Part shown: positions 13,191 through 25,134 of the stretch, in pieces
Position numbering within the stretch: position 1 is the stretch's first letter
How the letters are laid out: every line of letters starts with the position of its first letter
Source of the DNA: Octopus sinensis
Lineage: Eukaryota
DNA length: 64,000 nt
Reading direction: 5' to 3'
NCBI RefSeq assembly: GCF_006345805.1
Contig: NC_042997.1
Coordinates: forward strand, 77,252,001-77,316,000
The notes under the pieces: generated by a model
Database searches by the model: none
What the model was told of the DNA's origin: nothing
What the model saw: the letters and a program-made list of their open reading frames with translations, nothing else
Translations under genes and position numbers: made by a program

Positions 13191-14529
13191 GAGCCTTTGT
13201 TGATTTTCAGACATCAGAGGTATCTCAATCACTTATCGGATGCAAATCTCCTATCAAAAGTTCCTGCTTTGGAGCTTCACCTATCTCTCATCACTGTGAT
13301 CCTGTCAGATCACAGTATTGCCATGTGTGTTGACAGCTTTTTTCTTTCCTTCACTGCATCAACTGTGGCATGATCCAGGATTCATTTTTGTTCCCCACTC
13401 TATTTCTGCTGTACATCAATGACTTATATGTTTCTACATCCAACAACACCCACTCTCTTACATACTTCCCCTAATTCCTCTTTTACATTCTCCAATCATT
13501 CATTATCCACTTGCGGCCTAGACAACACATGTCACACATCAACTCCATGAACGGACTTCAAAAACATCCTCTGGTGGACATATACCAAACTTGTCTGTTC
13601 CAGCAGCAAGAAAATATAAATGTTTCTCATATCAAGGAAACATCATCACACCACACCCATACCCTTTAATCATGAGCAGTACTCAACTAGAGCCTTCAGA
13701 CTTGATCCTATTGTTACATCTCAATATCACCAAGAGTTTTTTCTGGTGAACATATGTCTTTAACATAGCTAAGGTCCAATAACTAGCTCTTCTTTTCAGA
13801 AATACTTTGTCCCCCTCCCCCCATTATTGATAATGGATGCTGACTCATGTTTGTGACTGTCTCTCTTCCAAATTTGGCAATATAATACCCCTACTACTAC
13901 TACTACCACTACTACTACTACTTCTGCCACTCCCTTACTTGCTCCCATCCCCTTGTAACTTCTCTTCCCCTGTTCTGGATTCTACTTGAAATCCAAATCT
14001 TCCCCCACTTTCCTCAAGTCTTCTGCTTGTTATTTTCAGAAATGCCTCTGATAAAAGTAGCATTAATTTTCTTAGGTCATTCAATTTATCTCAATTGATC
14101 AATAAACTACAAGGGATCAATGCTAGATGGATCAAAACAAATGTAGTGATCAATAAAGATTCTCGAATCTTCCCTCTCTCTCATTAATCAGATATATATG
14201 TATATAATATATATACATACACACACTTGCACACACACACACACACATATGATAGAAATAGCAGCATCCAGTGATGAAGAATTAATAAATTTTAGGTTAG
14301 TTAAGATTTGTTTGTGACATATTTTAACTTCTAAAGGCAGTTACCCTGGAGAAAAAATTCATTCTTATGGTAAAAGGTGTAAAAACACTTTATCTGCTCG
14401 GTGCTTCCCTCTAGTAGAGGAAACCACTGTCAAAAACAATGTATAAGTGTTCAATTTTTACTGAATAACCTACAAAAATTATGCTTTTAGTGATTAAATG
14501 CATGTACAGTACATTAGCTCACCCCCTCC

Positions 14530-14683
14530 ATGAAACTGATATTGCTTGTACAGGTGCACAAATGTGCCACATGTAGAACATGAAATGAAGCGTTTTGCTC
14601 AGGAGCACAATGCACCACTTAGTCTAGGAATTGAACCCACAATCTAGCAGTCATGAGTGCAACACCCTAACGCCACATGCCTT

Positions 14684-14690
<7 letters not shown>
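14530..14690 (-). mobile_element. tRNA-derived SINE head of a further family
   Basis: Minus strand gggtgttgcactcatgactgctagattgtgggttcaattcctagac (B-box like). Confidence 0.6.
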
Positions 14691-14717
<27 letters not shown>

Positions 14718-14779
14718 CATACACGAGTGAGTAGACAAAAGAAGAGTGCTTGACACATTTATTGCGAGTTATAGGTATG

Positions 14780-15308
14780 GAAGTCGACTGCATGGTTGGG
14801 GCAAGTAGGGAGGGGCGGTAGATGTGGGATTATATATGCGTACATGTATATGCCTGTATATCTGCGTGTATGCATCCACACATATATGAGTGTGTTTGTG
14901 TGCATAGATGTACATTTACACATCTGCCTGTGTGTGCATGTGCACACACATCCATGCATATGTGTACAGTGAGCAGATGCATATGCACATGCATATATAC
15001 TCGTGGTTATGCACAAGGGGTGAGTATGCAGGTAAACAGGTATGAAGAAGTGTTGGGGATGGTGATTTGCTGTGCTGTTCCTGTTTGTATATGTGCATAC
15101 TTGTGTGTGCATGTGCTCGTGTCTATATATACATGTAGCTAAAAGTGTGTATGTGGGCAGACGTGTGAATGTACATCTACACACATACACACTCATATAT
15201 GCAGATGCATACATGCAGATATATAGGCATATATATATACACATGTATACATATATACTCCCGCATCTACCACTCCTCCCGACATCCCCCAACCACGCAA
15301 CCGATTTC
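14780..15308. repeat. Diverged inverted repeat (arms 14780-14928 and 15156-15308)
   Basis: Arms align as reverse complements at roughly 80%. Confidence 0.8.
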
Positions 15309-15628
15309 CTGTTCACCATGCTGTATTTTCCAAATAATTATTGTCACTGAAATACTAAGATCAAACTGCAACACCATGTGACCTTTCTCGACCAATCTCA
15401 GGCTAATGTCTAGTAGTAAACATTGAATCTTTTCCGTCAAACTCTCATTCAGATATGGCCGAAGACTAGCAACACACTTGAAATTCAGAGTACGAAGTTT
15501 GAATCAGACTGTTTTGATCCTTATATATATATATATATATATATATATCAATAATACAGTGATTGTTTCTTATCAGGAACAAAATGTTTAATAGGACTGC
15601 TATAGAAGTGCTCAATTAAATGAGACAA

Positions 15629-16963
15629 ATATATTAAACTATGGTTGCAGAACAAACAAATACAAGGTCATCCACATAACATTTCATATCTCGAACATTT
15701 AATCACATAATGCTTTTTCTTTCACATAGAATATACATGCATAAAATCACGGAAGCTGAAACACAACTTATCAGTACAAGCATATAAGAAAAATACAAGA
15801 AAAATGTGTGAATACAGTTCATCACGGTTAAAAGTTAACGATTAATACTTTAGTGACTAAAAAATATATATTTTTTTAAACATTACAACACCTAGAATAA
15901 TCTCAATAAAATAAAAGGCAGTTTGTTTATCTGTGTGTCTGTCAGGTTGTACCCTCACCCTGACCATGGCTTTCAACAGATTCTGGTGAAACTTGGCACA
16001 CACATAGCCCAATGTCATAATTCAAAACTAACGCAGCGAAAATTTTGAAAAGTTCCCCCAATTCTGAAAAAAATCGATAAATTCTACATGGGGTCAAGAA
16101 TCTAAGCTTATCATATGCAACACATTTTCCATTGTAGTTTTCGCAACTTGCAATCGATTTTCACCAAACTCATGGTGAAGCTTAATGTTACCCTAAGGAA
16201 CTTAATTCTGACGTTAGTTTTCCATGCAATACCTTACCATCAGAAAAAATCGATAAAATCATGCCATTTTGGGAAATCGCATTCAAATTCAAGATGACAT
16301 ATTTTTGATAATATGAATTTTTTTTGAAATTCACAGTGAGCATCATGTCTGCTCCAAGGAGCTATATGGCCCTTTTGATTCCAATAGGATACGTTATTAC
16401 TGGAAAAAATCGGTTAATTACATCATATGTGGCACACATAGCAAACCGATTTTTCTGCGATATTTTTTTAAATAACAGTTCAATGAGTACAAAAAAGGGT
16501 AAAAAGGTAAAGGGCATTGCTTATCAACAAAGTTTCTTACATACCCGGGCAACGCTGCTAGTAAATACATAAAAATATAAACTTTTATCTTACCTTATAT
16601 ATTATATATTACTTATTTATATGCTTCCTATATATATGTATTTTTATATTTTTTTTATATATCTATATATTTATATATTTCTTTATATTTTTATGTATTT
16701 ATTATTCTAGGTGTTGTAATGTTTAAAAAAATATATATTTTTTAGTCACTAAAGTATTAATCGTTAACTTTTAACCGCGATGAACTGTATTCACACATTT
16801 TTCTTGTATTTTTCTTATATGCTTGTACTGATGAGTTGTGTTTCATCTTCCGGGATTTTATACATGTATATTCTATGTGAAAGAAAAAGTATTATGTGAT
16901 TAAATGTTCGAGATATGAAATGTTATGTGGATGACCTTGTATTTGTTTGTTCTGCAACCATAG

Positions 16964-16973
<10 letters not shown>
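15629..16973. repeat. Long inverted repeat (~290-bp arms, ~98% identical) interrupted by a Helitron
   Basis: 15629-15900 plus 16562-16581 pair with 16682-16973; 6 substitutions counted in the main 272 bp. Confidence 0.95.
15901..16561 (+). mobile_element. Non-autonomous Helitron
   Basis: A|TC start, CTAG|T end, remnant 3' palindrome cccgggcaacgc, no TSD; homologous to 46530-46913. Confidence 0.88.
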
Positions 16974-17004
<31 letters not shown>

Positions 17005-17131
17005 TAAAAATAAATATAAGAGAGTGGTCACTATATGGCTCACTCTAGCACTAGTAAATATCTCGGGGCACTGGGCCACTTGGTGTTGAATAGATATACT
17101 ATTAAATTAGTATCTAATTCTCTCACCCTTA

Positions 17132-17136
<5 letters not shown>

Positions 17137-17202
<66 letters not shown>
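17137..17202. repeat. (TA)n microsatellite
   Basis: Perfect TA run of ~33 units. Confidence 0.98.
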
Positions 17203-17210
<8 letters not shown>

Positions 17211-17337
17211 ATTTAGGGTATTTAAGAGATACCACCACGCTTGAAATAGCACCAGTGCTGTATGAAATTTTGTTTTAGAGTCAAGTTTTGGTTGCAAGCG
17301 TGGTGGTATCTCTTAGATACCCTAAATTATAATTTTA
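17201..17337. repeat. Hairpin or TA-flanked MITE, 43-bp arms
   Basis: 17201-17243 pairs with 17295-17337, one mismatch, 51-nt loop. Confidence 0.9.
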
Positions 17338-17939
17338 ATAATAATTATTACCTTTGAAGGTTTTTATTCTCATGCTGACCACTTAATAAGTTTGATATTT
17401 AAATAACGATCTTATCCTTATTCTTATATATATATATGGTGGGGGACAAACACAAAGACACACATACGTGTGTGTGTCTTTGTATTTGTCCTTCATCATT
17501 GTTTGACAACTGGGACCAATTTGTGTGACTAAATCCTTCAAGGCGGTACCTCATTATAGCCAATATACAAAAACTGAAACAAGTAGAAGGTAAAAAGGGT
17601 GTAAGAGTATGAGTGAAAAAACTAGACATAAATATTGTAATAATTAACTATTGTAAAACATTATGGAAATATGTAGATAGTTACATATCTAGATAATGAA
17701 TTAAATGAAAAAAAGAAAAAGAGCGTGAGGGAATCTACAACCCAGTGTCAGGCTCTTACTTGAAGTATTTTATCTTGGAGAGTATTTTATTGATAGAATG
17801 TCACCTGTGCACATAGTTTTTCCAAATCTTCCTAGCAAGTGTGATATCTAGGTCACGTTAATACAATTCATGTGTGGTTGATGGAATTCCAGTGAGATGC
17901 ATCTTGGTGGGAAGTATGAGAAAAATGCACCTTCTAGAA

Positions 17940-18255
17940 TTTAGGCCAACCTGAGGCATGTGGCCTGCAGACTTTTATCTTGCAGCCTGCTTGATATTTT
18001 CTTGAAATGGGTTTATTTAAACAGACATTGTAAAAAGTTTATCAAAAATTAAAGATTGAAATGGAAAGTAAAAATGAAGGATACTACTGTTTTTGCAATA
18101 ATAATATTTCATGTTGAATCAATAAATATTCATTCATTATTGTAATAATAGCATGAAAAAGCAAAATGCTTTAAATTTTGTCAGTATACAACTGGCCCTC
18201 AAAAAACTTCCTGTGATTAAAGTGGCCCACAATGTAATTCAAGTTGGACAGGCCT
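17940..18255. mobile_element. hAT-type MITE remnant
   Basis: Right end gttggacaggcctg; degenerate left end ggccaacctgaggcatgtggcc. Confidence 0.4.
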
Positions 18256-18770
18256 GATCTAGACTCTAGATGATAAGTCAGAGTAATAGTAATGTGTGGA
18301 GTTGAGGCAAGTAAACTAATCAAGTTTAAATGATGGTAGTACACAGTTAATATTTTCAAAAGAATAGAGGTTGATATAATTGTAGTAGGGACTTGTTGGG
18401 AGTGTTGCTTTTAAAGGTCCCAGGAGAAAAATCAAAACTGGCTTAGGTAGGATTTGAATTCAGAAAGTGAAGTGGTGTCATATATAAATACCACAGGGCA
18501 TTTTGTCTTACACTCAAATAGTTTTCCAAATACTGCTAGGTGAAAATTTATGAGGCAAAGAGTTTGTGTGTGTGTACTCCAGAATGTGTGGTGAGAATGG
18601 CACCTTCCTAAATGTTTAAACATTTACTCCAATGGAGTACATTTTTATATTGTATGATATGTTATATAAATTGTATTCACTTGATATATACACACTACAC
18701 AACTACATGCAATATGTATGTGTGTACACAAATGGATTCTATATATATATATGTATACATCTTTTTACAG

Positions 18771-18900
18771 GTATTGAACTCACTTAACTCTCTCCCTAAA
18801 TACACAGAATACATGGACAAAAATATCATTGCAGAATATCAACAAATTGTTGATATAACTTTGTGTCAACTAAATTTTGATAGATATATTTATTCAAATG
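18771..18900 (+). CDS. NUP188: NUP188 exon (130 nt, phase 0 to 1)
   Basis: ctttttacag|GTATTG...AAATG|gtaagt; VLNSLNSLPKYTEYMDKNIIAEYQQIVDITLCQLNFDRYIYSN. Confidence 0.85.
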
Positions 18901-19764
18901 GTAAGTAATATTGTTTCCTCAGAAATGGTTTAAATACATTATTCATGTGCTCCATTTGCTTACAAACTTACAGCAATATTAATGATGTCACATTAATGGT
19001 GACAAGAATACATTTTGTTTCACATATCTCATGCAAATCTGAAAATTCTTGAAATGTTCAATGCTTTGTCCAAAGAGGAAGTCATAGGATTTTCTTTGAG
19101 GAAAAATTAGAAGCAAACAAAAATAAACTAATTTAAACATAAGATCCACTAACGTTGTTAATTGAAACCTTTACAAATTAATTCTGAAATGGTACTTAGT
19201 TTACAATTATCAAATTGAATTGTTGCAACCTCAATAGAACTAAATATCTAAATTCAACAAAGAAAACCCATTAGAATGTAACAGAAGGTAGTGATGGAGT
19301 TATAAGTGTTGTTGACAACAAATCATATAGAATTGGAAACTGAAGAATGCGGAGTTATTTTTTTATGGATAAATATCCCTTGAAATCAATATGTTCACTC
19401 TTAAAATATTGTTAAGCTGAAAAAAGATAATGTATGTTGTAACTTGAATATACAGGTGCTCTAATTAGCAATGTCATTGTGATAGATATATGGTTCAAGT
19501 GCTGTTAGTAAGCCTGTTTCTTTGTTTCAAGCTGGTACTTATACTATCAAATATTAAGTGATATATGTATCAAAGTCGAAATTACCATATAATTTAGGAG
19601 TGGCTGTGTAGTAAGCAACTTGCTTACAAACCACATGGTTCCAGGTTCAGTCCCACTGCATGACACCTTGGCAAGTGTCTTCTACTATAGCCTCAGGCCA
19701 ACCAAAGCCTTGTGAGTGGATTTGGTAGACGGAAACTGAAAGAAGCCCATTGTATATATGTATA

Positions 19765-19795
<31 letters not shown>

Positions 19796-20100
19796 GTTGA
19801 AATAGAAAGATGAATTTTCTTGTTACAGATTATTCAAAAGTTTAACCGATACCTGGGTAGCAAAAATCACAGCAGAAAATACATGGTTGGAGATAAGACC
19901 ATTTGGTGTTGCAACTGTGCGTTGGTGCGGATAATTGAAGTTTAATAATATTATTGAGTGGAAGAAATGGAGTTGAACGAAGATTGTACAGAATTCCTTT
20001 TATTACATTCTACACATGTGGCCTTTGAAACATGTGTAGAATGTAATAAAAGGAATTCTGTACAATCTTCGTTCAACTCCATTTCTTCCATTCAATAATA

Positions 20101-20142
<42 letters not shown>

Positions 20143-20420
20143 GGCCAATTTTCGCGGGGTTCCACTATTCCCTTTTTCTCTCTCCCTCTTTTACGTTGTC
20201 TGCCCTCCTCCTCTTCCTTCCCCCTTCCATTGTTAAGAGCATTTTTAAGCCAGCCCGTCAAGTAACGTGCCTCATTTCTTGATTTCAAATCCATTCTGCC
20301 GTGTCTGGCCGAAAACGAAATGTTTCCAAGATAAGAAAATCTTTCTAATCTAATTCATCCCGTAATCTGTACCAGTAATATTCTCATGCAAATTTGTCTG
20401 ATCTCTAGTGGTTAAGCTGT

Positions 20421-20451
<31 letters not shown>

Positions 20452-21538
20452 CCCTTTGATCCCCAGTCGTCAATTTGTTTATTATTATTATTTTCAGCTT
20501 CGCCTCGTATTGCATATTATGTATAATTTATTAGTTATCGTTGACCATCGGTTCCGGCCTCGTGTCTCGCTAAATACAGAATAGATATTTAAGTTTCTCC
20601 ATACAGGGGTTTTCAATGGCGGCCGATTTTCGCGGGGTTCCACTATTCCCTTTCTCTCTCTCCCTCTTTTACGTTGTCTGCCCTCCCCCTCTTCCTTCCC
20701 CCTTCCATTGCTAAGAGCATTTTTAAGCCAGTCCGTCAAGTAACGTGCCTCATTTCTTGATTATGTTTTTATCTATCTATCTATTTTATCTACTTACTAA
20801 TTACTAATACACTTAAGCAGTTGTCATTGTATTCCCTAATTCCTCTCATCATCATGTGCCGATAATTTCTCCATTTCTCCACCGTCCCTTTATTAATTTT
20901 GCCCGTCCAAGTCCTCGCTCTCTCGTCCTTCAACCTTCGCGTATTCGCGGTGCACCCGCCCTTGCCCACCCCCACCACCAAAACCAGATATCTCTATATT
21001 TTTGCTCCATTATAGGTGTCTACTCTTCGAACCCCCCTCTTCAATACGCTATTTCACCATGCATTACCCCTCTTGTGATATCCTACGTTCTACTTGTCTA
21101 GAACCTGCCATCGTTTCTCCGAACACCCCTCCCCACTGGTGCTCCCCTATATTTCTGCACCCCCCCCCACATAAAAAGCACCATCCGAACGTGGCCGATG
21201 CCAGCACCGCCCTGACTGGCTTCTGTGCTGGTGGCACATAAAAAGCACCAACTGACCGTGGCCGATGCCAGACCCCTCTGGCACCTGTGCAGGTGGCACG
21301 TAAAAAGCACCCACTACACTCGTGGAGTGGTTGGCGTTAGGAAGGGCATCCAGCTGTAGAAACACTGCCAGACCAGACTGGAGCCTGGGGCAGCCCCTGG
21401 CTCCCGAGACCCCGGTCGAAACCGTCCAACCCGTGCTAGCGCGGAAAACGGACGTTAAACGATGATGATGATGATGATGATAATGATATATACACACACA
21501 CATACATACATACATACATGTGTATATATATATGTATA

Positions 21539-21570
<32 letters not shown>

Positions 21571-22525
21571 CACATGTATGTATGTATGTGTGTATATGTT
21601 TGTGTGCCTGTATTTGTGCCCCCCCCCCAACATCGCTTGACAACCGATGGGCGTGTGTTTACATCCCCATAACTTAGTAGTTCGGCAAAAGAGACTGATA
21701 GAATAAGTACTAGGCTTACAAAGAATAAGTCCTGGGGTCGATTTACTCGACTAAAGATGGTGCTACAGCATAGCCACAGTCAAATGACTGAAACAAGTAA
21801 AAGAATATATAAGGTCTATTTAAATGATTTTAATGACTGATTTTCCCCTTTATCGGAAAATCTGTTAATCTGTGAAACAAGTCAGGTTTGAAATGCAAGT
21901 TCTATAGTTTTAATCTCTAATGATTTATTTATAATGACTACTTCAGGTTAAAGATATTAGAGAGAAATAATTCAACACACCATTTCAGAGATTTCATAGG
22001 ATTCTTAAACAGAAATAATGGTATATTAAACTTAACTCAAACAGTATGAAAACTTGGGAAAGTAAAGCCTACAGTTGAGCTTGATGTAGAATTGAGCAAG
22101 TTGTGACCCATTATTGATGCTAATGATGATTATGATGACAGTAATTTTAGTAGTGGCAACTGTTATTATTATTTATAATAGTAAAAGAAAAACCAAACGC
22201 TTATATTCAGATTAGCTTATTTTTCTTGATCTCTTTGTGGGATCAATCTTTTCTATTTTTTTTTTCCTTTCTACAGAAGAGTTCGTTATACCTGCTGGAA
22301 CTTATGGACATTATCATATGGAATCAGGTAATTACGATGTTATTTCTACCACACTTTAGGCTCAAAATAATTAGTATTTTTTCTTAGTCTGTCATGCATT
22401 TCTCTAAAATAGATAAACCATTAACATATTTTTTTGCACATATGTTACACATTTAATAAATATTGGTTTTGGTTACCTATTGAAATAATACATTTATGAA
22501 TTGAACTGTCAAAAAGACCTTTTAT

Positions 22526-22561
<36 letters not shown>

Positions 22562-23042
22562 CACACGCAAGCATGCACACATACAGTAGTCAATAGTCTC
22601 GGGCTTGTAAGTTTACTCAGTTACCTTGTAGGGGATAGGAGAGTGAGGGAGAAGGAGCAAGACATTAGAAGGGCCAGGATGGTGAAAGGGAAAAAAGAGC
22701 AAGAGTATTATGAGAAATGCAGGAGAACATAGCAATGGATGAGTGATCAGATGAAAACATTTGTAGGTGTTGGATAGCAATAGAGATAACTCAGAGGAGT
22801 GAGAATTTTAGTTTATAGTACAAGCTAAGCCAGGGTGTATTAGGTGCAGCATCTTATATGTGGGCATATAAAAGGGTCAAAGGGCCAGAGAAGTGAATTG
22901 GAGGACGCGGTGTGCACAGGTGCTGGAAAGGAGAGAGTTGGGTTACTATGATTGATGAAGATATGGGAGTAATGGAGGAAGAGGTCTAATGGATATATGA
23001 GCAAGGTGAGGATGCAAAGTAAGGTAGGCTTGGCAGGGGACA

Positions 23043-23100
<58 letters not shown>

Positions 23101-25103
23101 CAGAATTTGAGGAAGCAATATCCCCATAAGGGATTGTTAAAAACAATTCTGATGCCAACTGGGTTTAACCAAATATATTGATAGGAAGATCATCAATATG
23201 TATATGTATAAACAGTCTCATAAAATTAAAATGTCAATAAAAGAAAATGGAGAAGAAAAATTGAAAAGATACTTAGTTTGTTTTATTTGTATTACAATTG
23301 GAAAAGGAATGCAAATTAAAAGATGAAAAAAAATATACTTATAAGAGTATAAAAGGAATAACCTCAACCAACAAAATAACCCCCAAATATCCACACACAT
23401 ATATACATCTCATATCTTCTAAAAGTGGATAGGTCTCCTATGGCAATCAGTGCACTCTTTTATAATTCCCTCTGTGAGATACAGCATCATCTGGTCAGCT
23501 TTCATTACACAGCAGTCAAGCTGTGCCAACAGGGAGAGGTAGAAGGGGAAGGGAAAAATTTATATTGACCAAAGGAGCACACTGATGATTGAGAGTCAGC
23601 AAAATTTTAAGGGAATTACTCTTCTTAGATACAATCACTTTTTCTTTTTCATTTGGGCAAAGTTAAAAAAATTAGATGCTCAGTAATATGTTCAGAATAT
23701 CTAGAAAGGAAGCTGAGGAAGAAAGAAGACAACGAAGAAGGTAATTTGGCAAGTTGTAATGAGGTGGAGGTACAAACCAAGTACAGGGACAATTTTAAGT
23801 AAACAGCAATTTCTAGAAGGCCTATGCTTATGCATGTGCACACATGAGCATACATATGAATATAGAGAGAGATGAATTGTAAGTTAGACATACACACCAC
23901 ACATATATATTTGTATGCTCACATGCATACAGACACACAGTTACTAAAATCATGTCATCTAGGAAGAGAATTTTCTCCCAGGGTTATTTCTGCAGTGGAA
24001 GATCTTTTCATGTTTGTATGTACTCAAACATGTTAAATATGACTTTACACGAATGTATTACACATATATGTGTATGTCTACACATATATGCACTCATGTA
24101 GATGTATACATACACACACACACACACACACACAAGAAAAGTTATAATATTTACATTTAAGTAAAGCAAGTCATTCACTAAGAAAATAGTTGAGAAGAAG
24201 CCAAAAATTGAAGGTCATTTATATTTTTATCTTCTTAGAACCAACTGAATTTTTTTCTCTTACATATGATGGGTTTTTATACTGTTTCTGTATGCCAAAT
24301 CCACTGACATTTTATTGGTCAGTGCCTGAGGTTATAGTGTACAGTTAGGCTAAACCTGAAACCATAAAAATTGTCAAGCAAACTTTTAACCTAACAATCA
24401 TGCTTCTGTGTGTGTGTGTGTGTGTACTCTAATCTCTAATTGTGGAGGGAACATGTGGATAGTAGACTCAGGAAGACATGGGACAAAGTAGTAAGAAAAG
24501 ATCTTCACATGCTAGTCCTCACTGAGGAGATGACAAGTAACCAAGACTTCTAGCAATTTACTGTGCTTGAGAAGACACATCAAGCTTAGTAAAATTATGG
24601 CCATCTATACATACAGGCACATCCCTCTGTCAGTCAAGAGGTCCTTGTCTTATGGGTGCTGGTGCCATATAAAAAACATCCATGTTGGTGCCACATAAGA
24701 AGCACCTGTGCCGGTGTCACATAGAAAAGCATCCATTCAGGAGCAATGTATAAAGCACTTGTGCATGTAAAAAGTACCCAGAACACAATGTAAACTGGCT
24801 GGTGCTAGGAAGGGCATCCAGCCATAGAAGCCGTGCTAGAACTGCACAGTTGGAGCCTTAGCAGCACTATGGCTGGCCATCTCCTGTTAAAACCAGCCAA
24901 CCCATGCCAGTACGGAAAGCAGATGTCAAATTTTGATAATATAGGTGCAAGCATGTTGACTGTGGTTAGTAAATTTGCTTCCTTACCATATCATTTCAGG
25001 TTCACTCCCACTGCATAGTACCTTGGGTAATTTTCTTCTACTATAAACCCAAACTGACCAAAGCTTTGTGAATGTGGTAGAAAGAAACTGAAAGAAACCC
25101 ATC

Positions 25104-25134
<31 letters not shown>

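Larger units (their letters stand above)
19596..21806 (+). mobile_element. SINE family A split by ~1.7 kb of nested insertions
   Basis: Head 19596-19751, microsatellite to 19796, 3' half resumes at ~21488 and ends gactgaaacaagtaaaagaata. Confidence 0.8.

Noticed and set aside
13200-14020. Possible further Penelope remnant, also the purine-rich tracts at 5760-6170 and 22620-23040
   Set aside because: No translatable motif or hammerhead core could be supported.
19456-19940. Two exon-like pieces (19456-19508 and from ~19830) between real exons
   Set aside because: Inclusion gives stops or a frameshift, and exons 18771-18900 and 22277-22327 already join in frame with colinear homology.
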